64,000 nucleotides of DNA, from assembly GCA_964016885.1 (NCBI GenBank), contig OZ024749.1, positions 33,232,001 to 33,296,000 on the forward strand, read 5' to 3'. Positions within the stretch are counted from its first letter, which is position 1. Each line of letters opens with the position of its first letter. The DNA comes from Eledone cirrhosa. Taxonomy: Eukaryota. The notes beneath the pieces are model-generated. The model was not told the origin of the DNA and did no database searches. It saw only the letters and a program-made list of their open reading frames with translations. A program made the translations under genes and the position numbers. Below, in pieces: positions 1-13,671 of this stretch.

Positions 1-1811
1 GATGTATTTTTAATATCGGTGTCACCGCTGTATTTCCATTTATTTGCTTAGCAAAAAGATTTTGCTAAGCATGGCGCAGACAAACTGGTCAAGAGAACAT
101 GGCATTGGACCCTGGGTCTTGACTAAAGGTGACTCAATCACTCATATTCTACATGTACAATCAATGCTCTTTGTGTGAGGCATTGCATGTTACGAATATT
201 CATTTTCCAGTATCTGGTTTGTAAATATATGACAAAGTGAATGTTTATTTCTTTAAACACTAAGAACACTATATTAGAGTAATTACTTGGTAATCTAGCA
301 GTGCTCGTCTGTAAACATGGAGAAAGCAACTGAGGGAGGAGAATTTATCTTGCTTTGAATTACTAGATATAAATGAAAATTCGAATGGCTCATTAATATT
401 ATTTGAGTCCATTTTGGTTTAAATAGATATACCATATTTCTGCATATATGAGGTGACTAAAAGGGTTGGTGTTAGGAAAGGTATCTAGCTATAAAACATT
501 GCCTTATAAAGGATCCTATGATGACTATGAAGCCTGTTATGCAGTTAGCTAGGTTAACACTTTAGTTACCAGCCTGACTAAAACCACCTCTGGTTCTATG
601 AATTCAAGGTTTCCAATTTAAATTAAAAATCTTCCAAAATAATTTTATATAAGAACATTAAGTTACTATTTTAGTAAATCATTCAAAATTCTTCATTAAT
701 TAATTGAAAGTGTACTTCGTTAGAAATGCAGTCATGAAAGAGTTAAACCCTGCTTTATCAGGGAGAATGACCTTAAAAAAACTGCAGTTGATATTCAAGT
801 GGAGATACAATGTCAAAAAAAGAAATGTTCATTGCCATTCAAATAACTTTCTTGAATGTACAAGAACAATGTACATACTATTTGAGCCCAATTCTTGACA
901 AAGTCACAAATATAATTACAACTTTGATGAGTTGAAGTGCACCCGAGCACTGTACACAATTTTCATTATCATTATATCTTACATTGACTTAAAATAGTTA
1001 ATTTCTATTTTACTGCTAATATGATAAATCTATATGCAGTTCATGATATTCTGTCAGCAATTGTGACCAGCAGTTAGTATCAACAATGGAAGCATTCTTT
1101 CCTTGGTCCAATCTGACAATCGGCTTCTATTCCCATGTTTACATTAACATACAAACTAACACCTTAGGAAACAAGTCTACTTTATTATACCCAATTCTAT
1201 CATTTGTGGATTAAGAATGGTGCCTTCATAACAAGAGATCTGCTCCAACTTATTCAAAAACTAAATCAGAAATATTGTAGTATTTATATTGTATCATAGC
1301 ATTTCAGTTGATCATTGTCAACTCAACTATTCCATCCAGTATATGATCAAGATGTGAACTGAATATTTACAGTATCTAAACCAGCTTGGTTTCTGCTATT
1401 TCTATCTAATTTCATCACTAACCAACTACATTTTGTCTAACAAATAACATTAGCTGTTGACCTACACAATGAAGTTTCATTTCACATGTTTGTGAATGCT
1501 CTTGGCCTAGTGGTTAAGATGTTGGGTTCACCTATAGGTTTAATTCTCAGACCGTCCATTTCATGATGCTCTGGTTCACTCAGTAATAGCAGTGAAGCTT
1601 CAGGCTTCAACAAACTGATGCAATGATGGCAAGAAAAACGACCATCAAATTATAATTTTTGTTTTAAGTATGTATGTGTGTGTGAGGGCGGGGGGGGGGG
1701 ATTACAACACGAATTACTAGGTTCCTTCAGCCACTTTTTTTTTTTTTAGAATCTTTAGGTTATCCTCAACTTTATATCCCCCAAAAAGCACAACTTTTTT
1801 TATCTCAAAGT

Positions 1812-1833
1812 GTTAGTATTACCTATATTAGTA
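1812..1833 (-). promoter_or_regulatory. Tandem QRE cluster in the distal 3' region
   Basis: Transcript reads TACTAATataggTAATACTAAC: two cores plus a half site. Another TACTAAC at 1073-1079. Confidence 0.45.
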
Positions 1834-2765
1834 AGAAGAAACAACTACAAGATTAACTTCAGCAATAAATCAATGAATGAATAATAATTAAAAAAAAAAA
1901 AAAATAAATAAAAAACTAGAGTTCTTTTGTTAAAGACTGAAGTAGGTTAAACCAATAGACATTTTGTTTCTTGTTATAAATGATTAAGAAATAAGCTGGA
2001 GTAATCAAAACTGAACTGTCTGCACTAGCATGAGGAGGAAAACAGATCAATTTGTGGTTTAAAAGAAGAAAAAAAAAAAAAAAAGGTAAATAAACATTGT
2101 TAAATCCAAGAAAGAAAGAAAGTCTAAGAGCAGGGGAAGGGTGGAAAGAAGGAGTTGGGGGAATCCCTTTTTTTTTTAAAAATTCTTTTCCCCTTTTCAT
2201 TTCAGGAAATATTTTCTTCCTGACATTCAAGTAGCAAGTATGCATACATGTAGGTGTGCTGTGTTACATCTGCATTCATATACATATATATATACACACA
2301 CAAGTGCATATGCATATATATATATATACACACACACACACAAGTACACATGCATATATTCATATGCATATACAAATAACCACATATACACACATGCGCA
2401 CGCACACTGCAGCATTTGAAAGGAATGAGTTTTGCTAACAATCCATTAGGTCGGGCAGAATTTTAAGCATGATGAGATAGATCCTTCCTTTTTTAGATGC
2501 CATGTATATATATTTTTTTCTTCTTTCCCATATCAATATTCTTTCCTCCCGTATCAATATGTGACCAGAGAACAATTTAACAAAAATAGAAACAATTCTA
2601 ATTCAAAAGCAGAAGACTTAGATTTTTTGTTTTTTTTTTCAAATTATAAATTTTTTATTCTACATATAAATAAAAAAAAAATTGCACGTGAAAATATTTT
2701 TCTTTCCAGCTCAAAATATTTTTTTTCTTTCTTTTTAAATATATTTGTATGTATGTATAATTTAG

Positions 2766-2796
<31 letters not shown>

Positions 2797-2911
2797 ATCG
2801 AAGCATAAATATAGCAGAATATACATTTAACAAATTTCAACATTTTTCGAGAAATTGAATCTGGAAAATCCAGACAATTCAGATAGAGAGAGAGAGAGAG
2901 AGAGAGAGCTG

Positions 2912-2955
<44 letters not shown>

Positions 2956-4483
2956 TTTAAAGAGAGCAAGGCAATTATATACAAAAGTTCATGTACCTAA
3001 GATCCAAATCGAGTCACAACACAAAAATTGAATTTAAAAAAAACCTGAGTTTCCATAAATCTCCGATTCAAAGTACATCGGGCCCTATAACTAAATTTTA
3101 ATAAACTCTGGCTAAAATATTACTATATTTCACAGAAAAACAGCAGTCTTGGACATTTGGTGAAAATAAAATAAAATCATTAATAAGTTGGTTATAAAGT
3201 CCAGAAAATTTTTAAATCTAAAATTTCCAAATACAAATATTGAAGTCTTTCTTATGTTGAAATAAATTTAGATGTACCAACAGCAATTAAAGTCTTAAAA
3301 CAGGCTTTTAAAAACTTCTCCAGGTAACAAGGTGCATTTGAAGGAAATATTCCATTTTCATTAAACGATGAGATGAGGTACAAGTAAACAGCTGGAAGCA
3401 TCAATGAAATCGGCTGATTGGGTCCTTGTGTTTTTATATGCAGATGAAGTTTCATTTTTTGTAAAATCATTATTTGCTAAATATTCTTAGTATTAATATT
3501 TCGTTTGGAAGTAATATATTAAAAATCTTTTAAGACTTTATGACCATTCCCTGTGCATTGTACTATAGTTAAAACATTCACTGAATGAGCACTCAATACT
3601 GGTGGGTAGAGTGTAGACATTTATTTCCTATATAGAAAACTGACTGACTTCCAAAATTTCACTTTGATCACTTCATCTGGCTGTCAGATGAAGCAGCCAA
3701 GCTGAAACTTCAAAGACACTGTCAATTTCTAGTTAAAAAATAAATACATTATATATATACATATATACACACAAACACACACAGAATTACTTGATGAAAT
3801 TTAAAAGTCGTTGGTTACAGGAATTAATAATGAAAATACTTCATAATTAAGATGAGACTTCTGAAATTGTCTTCAACTTCAAGCCAGAACATTCGGTTAT
3901 CCCAGAGGCAAGAACTTTTAAAGGTGTATGTTTCTGGTATATGTGTATGTATGTATAGGGTGTGTATGTGCGGGTGTGTATTGCAAGTGAGTTGTCTTTT
4001 TTTTTTCTTCCTTTAATAATCTTTTTAAAATCCAAGAAAACACTGCTGCAAATTTCAAACTCAAACCACACAGCAAATATAACATTTGTTCTAGGGCAGT
4101 CACTGGAATCAGAGATGGTCCAAATACATACCAATACTTTTTTTTTTTTTTTTTTTTTTTAAACGAGTTGATTTGTATGTAATTCAGCTGGCAGCAGTAA
4201 CTTATATGTATATACGTATTCACTTAATCAACATTAAGTTGTAGAATTGCATTGGTGCATGAAATTGGCAAATAGACATTCACTGTTATAGTGATCATAG
4301 TTTAAACTGGTCTCAAATACCAAGCTGGAAATTGAATTTTTTTTTTCTTTCCTTTTTGAGATTGTTTCAATTTAAAAATAATACATTTAAAGCTCTTGAT
4401 ATAAAAAAAAAAAAATGAAAAAAAAAAAAACTCCAAGGTAGAACCTGTATTAAATATGGGGACTAACCTGTTTTTGAGAAAGA

Positions 4484-4557
4484 TCAGGGGAGACCCACCC
4501 TGTTGTAAGGGTGTTCTCTGACACCAGATAGTGTTCTCCTGATTTTTGGAATAGGAC
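4484..4557 (-). CDS. QKI: Long-isoform terminal coding exon: (G)PIPKIRRTLSGVREHPYNRVGLP*, carrying a STAR/PY-type NLS
   Basis: attattttag|GT acceptor, phase 1, matching the 9765 donor. The RxHPY motif is as in QKI-5 RVHPYQR and How(L) REHPYQR. TGA at 4486-4484. Confidence 0.92.
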
Positions 4558-4605
4558 CTAAAATAATTCAAAATGCTTCAAATGTTAAAATACAACATTG
4601 AAAGG

Positions 4606-4639
<34 letters not shown>

Positions 4640-7229
4640 TTCAGGACACGAACAGAGCAGCAGATAATACATGGTAAGAGAATTATGCAAATAAAATATC
4701 CATGTGATAACGAAAAATTTACTTTAGAAAAAAAAAAAAATTTTTTTTTAGCAGTATTCCTAAAAATCTGGATGCAGTATGGCAGAATTGTTAAGGAGTT
4801 TGCCTCAGAATCAAAGTCCCCAGTTCGATCCTACTGCATGGTATTTCAATTGTCTTCTACCATATCTTTGAGTCTACCCAAGCCTTGTAAGTGTAATTGA
4901 GTAGACAAACTGTTTGGAAGCCTGTTCAATAGGCTGTACCTGTAATTCCTGAGCAAGCCTTATCAGTCTTGTTGAAACTCCTTCAGAATTACATTAACCT
5001 GTTAGCATTTAAACCAGCCAGAATGCTTTCACTTCTTTCTGTTCACTCATACTGATGGTAAGGTATTGCTCTCAAAATAAATAACATCAAAATCTCAAAT
5101 TCGATATTATGTAAGATACAAACCTTTACCACAAAATGCAATAGTATATATTTTAATGTCCTCTTGGTCCAGCCTTGCTGGCTCAAACTGGAAGGAGAAG
5201 TATGTGGCATCCAGGCTATGTTTTATGATCTCGTTGAGAGCAGCATGGTGTGGGCAGCAGACAGCACTATAATGGCATGACAATGGATGGAGGACAAAAT
5301 GTCCACATCTGCATTTGCAAGGCTCACTGATCAGGAGGTGGAGTCTTGGAAACACTGATGCGCAAACAGTTACAATCCAAATTATATTCTAAACACCAGC
5401 TTAATAGTGAGAAGTTAGTTATATTACTAAATCCCTTCAAATTTTTTATCATTAAAAAGACTAATTGAAACCCATAAGCAGTTTCTCTGAGCAGCGAAAG
5501 AGCAGTCAGAATAGTGGAGTAAATCCTTCTAGTGTTTGTTCTAGGCCTCAATGAATAAAATACCCACCCAGGACTAGTCTAGGGTGGTGGATTGGTGTAA
5601 TTGTTAGGGTGTCAGACAGGGTGTGTTGGGGTATCTGTTCTAGTTCAAGCCTTGTTACTTACCACTGGCAGGCATGATAGGTCTGGGGCCGCTATTATTA
5701 AAATACCTAAGAAACCTTTGTGAAGCTGATAATATGCCAGTTAAACTCACAAAGTGAGTATCTGTAAGAACAATATTTATACTAAATAAATATATTTTGC
5801 CCCGAGATGCACCTCATGTACCTCAAAAGATCCTGTGACCAGATTTAAGGAGATCAGTAAAGTATTCATTCCACCTTATGAGGATGCACCTATCTTCAGA
5901 GAACAATCCCAGAAAAGTTTCTGATAGCAGGCATAGAAGGGAACTTATAAAGTTGGATTCCAGCTTAACCTCAAAGTTCTCCCATGTCTTAATAGGGTTC
6001 CTCTGAAGGGTCTATGAAATAACTCGATAGGCTACGTAGCCTGGAGATCAGTGAGCAACTCCTGGTAGAGTTGTTACTTGAGTTCAATTCTCACCCCCTG
6101 CCACTGGAAATATGGAGACATGACAGGACCTTCTGGGTGCCAACCCCTTTAACCATGTAAGTACAGTGTGCCTATTCAAGAAAGGACTCCATGTCATTGG
6201 GGTCTGCAAGGTTAAATCTTACTCCAGCAGGGGATAAGTAGCCTTTAAAATGTTTGTATAACAAAACATTTTAGCAACATATAGACCTGTGAAAAAGTTG
6301 GAAAAAACTATCCATTTTTTAAAAAACAAGTCTTATTAAATTTTGAACTCTTAACATTTACCCTATATGGGGTAATAGCAAAAAAACTATAACAAACAAC
6401 AATCAAAATAGTCCTAAATCTGTAATACAGCCCCCTCCCTAATAACCCTTGAATAATTGACAGAAATGGGTGCCATATTCCACATTCAGGGAATTTATGC
6501 TGGCACACTAAAAAAAAAAAGGAAGAAAAGGAATATAAAATACACAACAGCCATAATTAGGATATGCCGACTAAATACCCTAAAGCCAATTAAAGAACCA
6601 ATTTAGGAACTAAGATTTAAAAATAGATGCCAAAAGAGCATTTAAAAAAAAAAAAGCTTCAGTATCTACGCAAAACAATTCCAACAGATTTCAATCATCA
6701 AAGGAATAATTTAGGTAATCTATGCAACAGGGGGAAAGTAATAAGCCCCAGGGTTTACTATGCAAGAAGACCCATTCCCACCCAAAACCGTTTGTTTGTA
6801 TAGAATGACTTCAACCAATAATCATCCAAGACCATTAACACAGTTAAGGAAAAGGTGAAGAGAGGAAAAAAAAAAAAAAAAAAAAATATCTACTGTTTAC
6901 ACCTATGTGGAGTTTAGCTGACTTCAATGTTTCTTGGGTGTTTCAATGATAGGGGCCCCAGTTCTATCATCTAAAGCAATGTGAAATGAAGTAAATTGCT
7001 TAAGAATACAATGTACCATACAGTTCAGCAAATGAACCCCAGACCATATGGTCATAAGTTCAACAGCCTAACTACTAGGCCACACACCATCATACCCAAT
7101 TTGGTTAGATCCTAATAAACTGCCTAGAAAACGCTTAACGTTTTAGTGTTCTGGTTTTGCGATAAGGAATTTCAAATATATAAAAATTCCTTTAAGAATT
7201 AGTGTGTTTATGTATGTATGTATGCATAA

Positions 7230-7286
<57 letters not shown>

Positions 7287-8100
7287 TATATATATACACA
7301 TGAGCGTGTGTTGGATGTAGAGCAAGGAGTGAAAACAGAAATACTCCTGCAGTACATACTAAAGGGGGTTTTTTTTTTGGTTTTTTTTCTTTCAAAGAAT
7401 GGCACAAGCAAACAAGAGTGTGGAGGAAGGAAGCAAGCAGATCGAGGAACTGCAAATAACCAACTAAAAGACTTGGTTAGCAGTTGAACAGATGGCACAA
7501 AATCAAATCAATGAAAAGGAGGGAGGGGGAATGGATATGAAAAAATTTAACAATTGAAATGAAAATAATATATATATATAAAAAAAAAAGGAACCTCTAC
7601 CCTTGAACCATTAAATATTTAAAAACAAAATCCAAACTGAATATCAGCTTCCAAAATTCTATAACAAATTGAAACAATTTATATATATACATATACACAC
7701 ACACACACACATACATTACATACATCACATACACACATTTTAAATTATTAACGCTATTTTGAAAGACTTCTGTTTCGCTTGATGTTTTTCTTCAAGTCAT
7801 CAGAAAATTCAAAAGGTAATTTTAAGCAGGGCACATTTTCTATAATTATCCAATTATATATGTCAATAAGATAGCACTAACATACATATACAGACATATT
7901 TTCAAACAAAATGTAAAACATTGACAGAACAAGTGGATGGATACTCTAGGTGAAATACTGCTGCCATTATTAACAAACAAGAAGGTAAATCTAATTTAAA
8001 AAGCTGCCATAGGGGGTCTGGGCATTTTATCTGTTTTTCCTTACATGAATACAAAATAGAGCATGGAGAAGCGATATACATTTTTGCTCGGTAAGAAACC

Positions 8101-8131
8101 TATATATATAAATACATATATATATAAATAA

Positions 8132-8198
<67 letters not shown>

Positions 8199-8243
8199 CA
8201 TATATATATATAAATAAATACATATATATATATAAATAAATAC

Positions 8244-8274
<31 letters not shown>

Positions 8275-8970
8275 CATATATATATATATAAATAAATACA
8301 TATATATATATATATAAATAAATAAATAAATACATACATATATATATATAAATAAATACATACATATATATATATAAATAAATACATACATATATATATA
8401 TAAATAAATACATACATACATACATATATAAATAAATACATACATACATACATACATAAATAAATACATACATACATATATATATAAATAAATATATATA
8501 AATACATATATACATAAATATATATAAATACATATATACATAAATATATATAAATACATATATATATAAATATATATAAATACATATATATATAAATATA
8601 TATAAATACATATATATATAAATATATATAAATACATATATATATAAATATATATAAATACATATATATATAAATATATATAAATACATATATATATATA
8701 TATAAATATATATAAATACATATATATATATATAAATATATATAAATACATATATATATATAAATATATATAAATACATATATATATATAAATATATATA
8801 AATACATATATATATATATAAATATATATAAATACATATATATATATATAAATATATATAAATACATATATATATATATAAATATATATAAATACATATA
8901 TATATATATAAATATATATAAATACATATATATATATATAAATATATATAAATACATATATATGTATATA
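8101..8970. repeat. ~870-bp compound (TA)n/TAAATACA micro/minisatellite
   Basis: Directly visible. It generates the spurious 293-359 aa YI-rich ORFs. Confidence 0.95.
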
Positions 8971-9367
8971 AATGAAGCCAAAAGAAGATAGACAATCTGT
9001 GGTAATTAGAGGAAAAAGAGAGCAAAGCAACCAAAAGAACAAAAAATTAAAAATATAATATGTATATATATATATGTGTGGGATTATCACAGTCTTGAAC
9101 AGATGATATTGGTTCAACAACCAACATAAAAGATATGAATGGAGGGAATAAATTGCAGGAAAAACAGTTTAATTCCTGCAAGCAATAGATATGACAATTG
9201 GGAAGAGCCAGAAGAAGAAGCACCAAAGAAAAAAAAAAAAAAAAAAAGTGAGATGATGACAATGATGATGATAATGCCAGAGCTAAACAAATTGTATAAA
9301 ACATGGAATGTTTTCTTCCTCGCCCCATCTCATTTCATCAACAAAACAATATGTCACGGATTTCTTT

Positions 9368-9383
9368 GTTAGTTTGTTGATTA
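9368..9383 (-). promoter_or_regulatory. Bipartite QRE (UAAU-N6-ACUAAC) downstream of the alternative donor, in the short-isoform 3'UTR
   Basis: Transcript reads TAATcaacaaACTAAC. Confidence 0.4.
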
Positions 9384-9745
9384 CATCGTATAGATATAAG
9401 CACCATCAAGAAGGCTTCATCTACTACTTTAGATCAAACAGGGTGTGTGTGTGTGCGTGCGTGTTTATAAAGAAATGCGAGAGATAAGGGTGGAAGGCGG
9501 CAAGGAAGAGAAAGAGACTGTATCCAATTATCCACCCCACATAAAAATAAAAAAAAAAAAAAAAAAAAAATATATGAAACAAATAAATAAAGCAATAGCA
9601 AACTTTTACAAATGGAGGGTGATGGTGGCGGAGAGGGAGGAGAGAGTGAAACTTCCCGTCTGCCAAAGATTAAAAAAATATTTTTAAAGAACCAATAAAT
9701 ATATATATATATATATCTATATATATAATAATGTATAATTTTCAA

Positions 9746-10017
9746 CTATCTGACAAAGGGCATACCAGTTTGAGTTTGATCTATTGTGGGATATTCCAGT
9801 ATTGCAGTGTGTGCCGCCAGAGCATATGGATATTCGTATGGGTTGTACATCAAGTTGGGATCCGGCGGAGAAACAAGAGGTGGTGGCGCGCCATTTAGTA
9901 TGCCTGTGCTGGTGGCGACTGAAGGTAGGCGAGGCGTTAAGATGATCTGACCACCGCTGGCATTAGTAGCACGGAGTTGTTGAAGTGGCATTGGAGGCCC
10001 ACACATGCGAGGAGCTT
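9746..10017 (-). CDS. QKI: Quaking Pro/Tyr-rich exon APRMCGPP...LMYNPYEYPYALAAHTAILEYPTIDQTQT. Internal donor at 9765; read-through gives the short C-terminus GMPFVR*
   Basis: tttcctttcag|AA acceptor (phase 1). Matches the QKI tyrosine cluster [22 protein letters not shown]. ACTG|gtatgc donor gives a 252-nt exon; TAG at 9748-9746. Confidence 0.93.
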
Positions 10018-10280
10018 CTGAAAGGAAACAATGCAAAAGTTTTACTCCTGGCCTTCAATGCAAATTCTAAATTTTAATAGAAAATCAAAATGGCAAAGAG
10101 ATCAAAATATGGTTTTTAAAAAATGTAGCATACAAGGAGAAAAAAATACATATTTTAGACTAAACTAAATTCTTTAAGGCTTACATATCAACAAACAATT
10201 TATTACAATTATTAATTAAAAGTTATGATTTCAGATGGAGAGTGATACAAAATTTAACAGAAGATATAAATTCATTAAGG

Positions 10281-10315
<35 letters not shown>

Positions 10316-10756
10316 AAATTAAAAAAATTAAAACAAAGCTACAAAAAAAAAATAAAAATGCAAAATATAAAACAGACCAAGTGCTGGGAGTAAAGAGCAT
10401 TGGATGGTTGTTTAATGGAAAAAACTAAGTGTTAAAAAGTAACAAATATCTCTAGTTTGTGGAGCATTCAAGGGGGACAAGATTTAGTAAAATGTTAACA
10501 CACAAACACACAAATACATTTATATAAGTAGGTTTATGTTTTTAGCTTTCAAATAAACAATTTAAGTTAAATCTATAAGTAGACCCATTTTTTAAATTTA
10601 AAATCTATGAATAAACCATTTAAAAACAAAATCTATAAGAGTTAAACATTTTTTCTTCAATTTGAGATATCAGCACCAAGAGGGTAAGATTGTCAAAATT
10701 TACAAATATTCTAGTACCAATACAACCGAGAAATTTTAATTCATTTTTTTCCCCAG

Positions 10757-10961
10757 TTAACTCTTAACGTCCTGTATCAGATGAAACCACATTAACAAAA
10801 CATTCTTGAAAAGTATACAGCAACACTGATTGCATCATTAAAAATTGAAGCATTTAAATCTGGAAATTGTCACAATCTGTCCACTAGAAAAGACTATAAA
10901 CATTTGAATTAAACCATTTAAAAATATTTTCTGGTAAATCATTACAGGACGTTAAAAGTTA
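10757..10961. mobile_element. TTAA-flanked MITE family 2 (TIR CTCTTAACGTCCTGTA)
   Basis: 16-bp TIR with one mismatch. Related pieces at 30179-30240 and about 52300-52820. Confidence 0.75.
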
Positions 10962-11045
10962 CTAAATACTGGATTAGTTTTCTTTTTATTCTCCTCTCAA
11001 GTTTAAAATGTTCACAATTGCTTCAGAGACACACAAAATGAAAGT

Positions 11046-11083
<38 letters not shown>

Positions 11084-11327
11084 TGAAACTATAGCTAATA
11101 ATAATAATAATAATAAAAAAAAAATAAAAAAAAAAAAACATTCGTGGCTACAAACTTATCACCCCAAAATCCTTATAACTGTCTAGAAGGATGAACTATA
11201 ATGATGATAATAAAAAATATAAAATTGTACAGCTCTAAGTTCAGAGGGATATGAAAGAACTGTAAAAATGGCCTTAAGGGTCATGCTAATATTAAAGAGG
11301 AGAAAGAGAAAAGAAAAGGATTCTTAC

Positions 11328-11438
11328 CAGGAAATTTGGAAGCTATCACCTGGTCAAAGGTGGGGTTGCCAACAACCAGAGGGCAGCCCGCACTTTGGAT
11401 ATTCAAACCGCTGAGGCCACTTCCATCGGCAGACATAT
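11328..11438 (-). CDS. QKI: Probable cassette exon: (H)MSADGSGLSGLNIQSAGCPLVVGNPTFDQVIASKFP(G/E)
   Basis: GC-richer island. Weak acceptor caatcag|AT, strong donor CTG|gtaaga, 111 nt, symmetric phase 1-1, open in the required frame. No homology to QKI that I can recognise. Confidence 0.65.
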
Positions 11439-11698
11439 CTGATTGTTGATAGAGTGGATTCAATGTCATAAAAATAACTACTTCAGATCATGTCTTTCTG
11501 GGTAAATCCCACCCCAAAAAGAAGTCATAACAATAGACACAAACACTAGACTTTAGAGTTGAAAAAAAAAAAAAAAAACAAAAAAAAACTAAGCTAACTT
11601 ATCTATAGTAACAACATCCCACTAGCCAATATATTATATATATATATATATATTATATATAATATTATAAATATATATAATATATATACATATAATAT

Positions 11699-11741
<43 letters not shown>

Positions 11742-11816
11742 TATAATATATATAAAGATTAATTTTTTTACATCTTCCCTTAGTGGGGAGGTATCAACTT
11801 GAATGAAAGAAAGACA

Positions 11817-11852
<36 letters not shown>

Positions 11853-12689
11853 AGAAATTCAAAAAATATTAGTCTATATTAAAATCAAGATTTAAAAGAT
11901 TTTTTAAAATGGGAATATTTGTTAATTGCTGCAAAGGACAATTTATATATAGAAATTTTGTTGATAAACCATCCCTCTCATAAAAAAAAAATTTAAATTA
12001 AGATTAAATAAAATATAAAATACAACTGAAATTCCAAAGCCCTTAAAAAAAACCCAAATAATTTGGTTTAAATCTATTGAGTTAAGCAGCTCCTTTATCC
12101 CAACTAAAAACCATTAAAGAAAAAGAAAAGGTTACAGCTCAGTGGCTTAAAGTTTGGAAAGTTAAAATAATTTTCCCAGCCTATTTTAACTAACAAAATA
12201 AAAAAGAGAAAGTGTGAGAAGCATGCTAACTTATAAAGATTACTGCAATCAACCCTTTTGATACCAACCTACCTGAAACTGCCTCTAGATCTATGATCTA
12301 AGATTTTTTTAAAGTAATCATGTTTAAATTTAAATCTGATAGAATAAAAAAAAAATAGGTACAGTCAACTTTGCCTTTTATTCTTTTGAGGTTAATAAAA
12401 AGTAATAGTCTAAGACTGGTGTTGATTCTTCCTCAATATCTTTCCTATTCTATCCTTCTCTGGAAGAAATTAGCCATGTTCAGACCTAGAGGGGTTTAAA
12501 ATAACCACGACCCAAACATGTCACTACAGCGCTACTATGACTCCAGCAGTAGTTACACATCCATACATTTAAATTATTTTCTTAGGTAATTTTCGTCCTA
12601 TATATTATATAGGTGCTACAGGTGTTCTATATAGGTATTTTAAGAATTTTTAATGGATTAATAAACATCTGTTATGATCCAGTGCTACA

Positions 12690-12945
12690 ACAACAAAGCA
12701 CCCAGTACAACCTGTAAGGTTGTGTTGGTGACAACGAAAAAGCACCCAATTCACTCAGTTGTTTTGGTGCCATGATAAAAAGCATCCGGTTCACACTTTA
12801 CCGTGGTTGGCATTAGGAAGGGCATCCAGCCATAGAAACCAAGCCAAAATACTGATCCATATGAGCAAGACATGGCCACCTGACCTGAATTATCTAAGGT
12901 GGCAATCTATTTAATCCACGCGAGTGTCGAAAAGTGAACATTAAA
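12690..12945 (+). mobile_element. Interspersed retroposon (SINE or RTE 3'-derived) with ggttggcattaggaagggcatccagc and tandem aagcacccagtacac subrepeats
   Basis: Same motif near 23050-23240, 41920-42150, 27900-28050 (reverse) and 50790-50915 (reverse). Confidence 0.55.
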
Positions 12946-13454
12946 TTATAAATACAGCTGTAAAAGTATATCAATTTGTACCTGTTAAATACAGTTTTGT
13001 TCTTTACTTTTCATTGTCTATTTTATATTTTATTTATTTATCCATCCTATATCCAGACTGTCTTCTGCCTCAAGCTTGCCAGATATATGTTCCAGTACCT
13101 CTATCAAACCCCTCTGAGTTATGATTACTTAAAAAATAACTGAAAATCATAGGCAGTATATTTCATTAGAAATAAGGTAACAAAAGGGCTAAATAACTAG
13201 GTGAAAACCCCTACTCCTTGTTATACATAACTATCAGTTAGTGTTAAACCAGATGACAGCTTTGTAGTAAATCACTAGTTTTGCTCTTCAGATGAAATAT
13301 TCCTGTAGGATCACTTTCATTATTATAAGTAAGTCCTCTTCATCGTCCAACATAGATTTTCAAGTGAATACTCAACTACCTGGCTACTTACTGCCATCTC
13401 AACTTTTTGTTAATTAAACAAAACATTTTTTCTGTCTTGGCTTTGAGGTTGTGT

Positions 13455-13671
13455 TTAACCCTTTAGCATTCAAACCTGCTGTATCCGGCCAGAATTCTCA
13501 CCTTTCTGTTCAAACTGGCTGTAAATGACTACTCATACTTATGTTAAGGTATTCTTCTCAAAATAAATATCAAAATCTCAGATTGATATTATGTGAGATA
13601 ATTGTGAAATAAAGTGTTTACCATGAAAATACAATAGTATATATAGAGTAATGTAAATGCTAAAGGGTTAA
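13455..13671 (+). mobile_element. piggyBac-type MITE family 1 (~200 bp; TIR CCCTTTAGCATT; TTAA TSD), representative full copy
   Basis: ttaa|CCCTTTAGCATT...AATGCTAAAGGG|ttaa. Other same-orientation copies near 4994-5158, 25976-26160, 30300-30497, 32037-32252, 35104-35314, 38595-38780, 38972-39227, 40514-40719, 42995-43190 and 43991-44189. Confidence 0.9.

Noticed and set aside
8027-9120. Longest ORFs in the track (293-359 aa)
   Set aside because: YI/CV repeats translated from the (TA)n compound microsatellite.
9424-9666. ORF containing FHPY, considered as the NLS exon
   Set aside because: No upstream Arg and a low-complexity context. The real REHPY exon is at 4484-4557.
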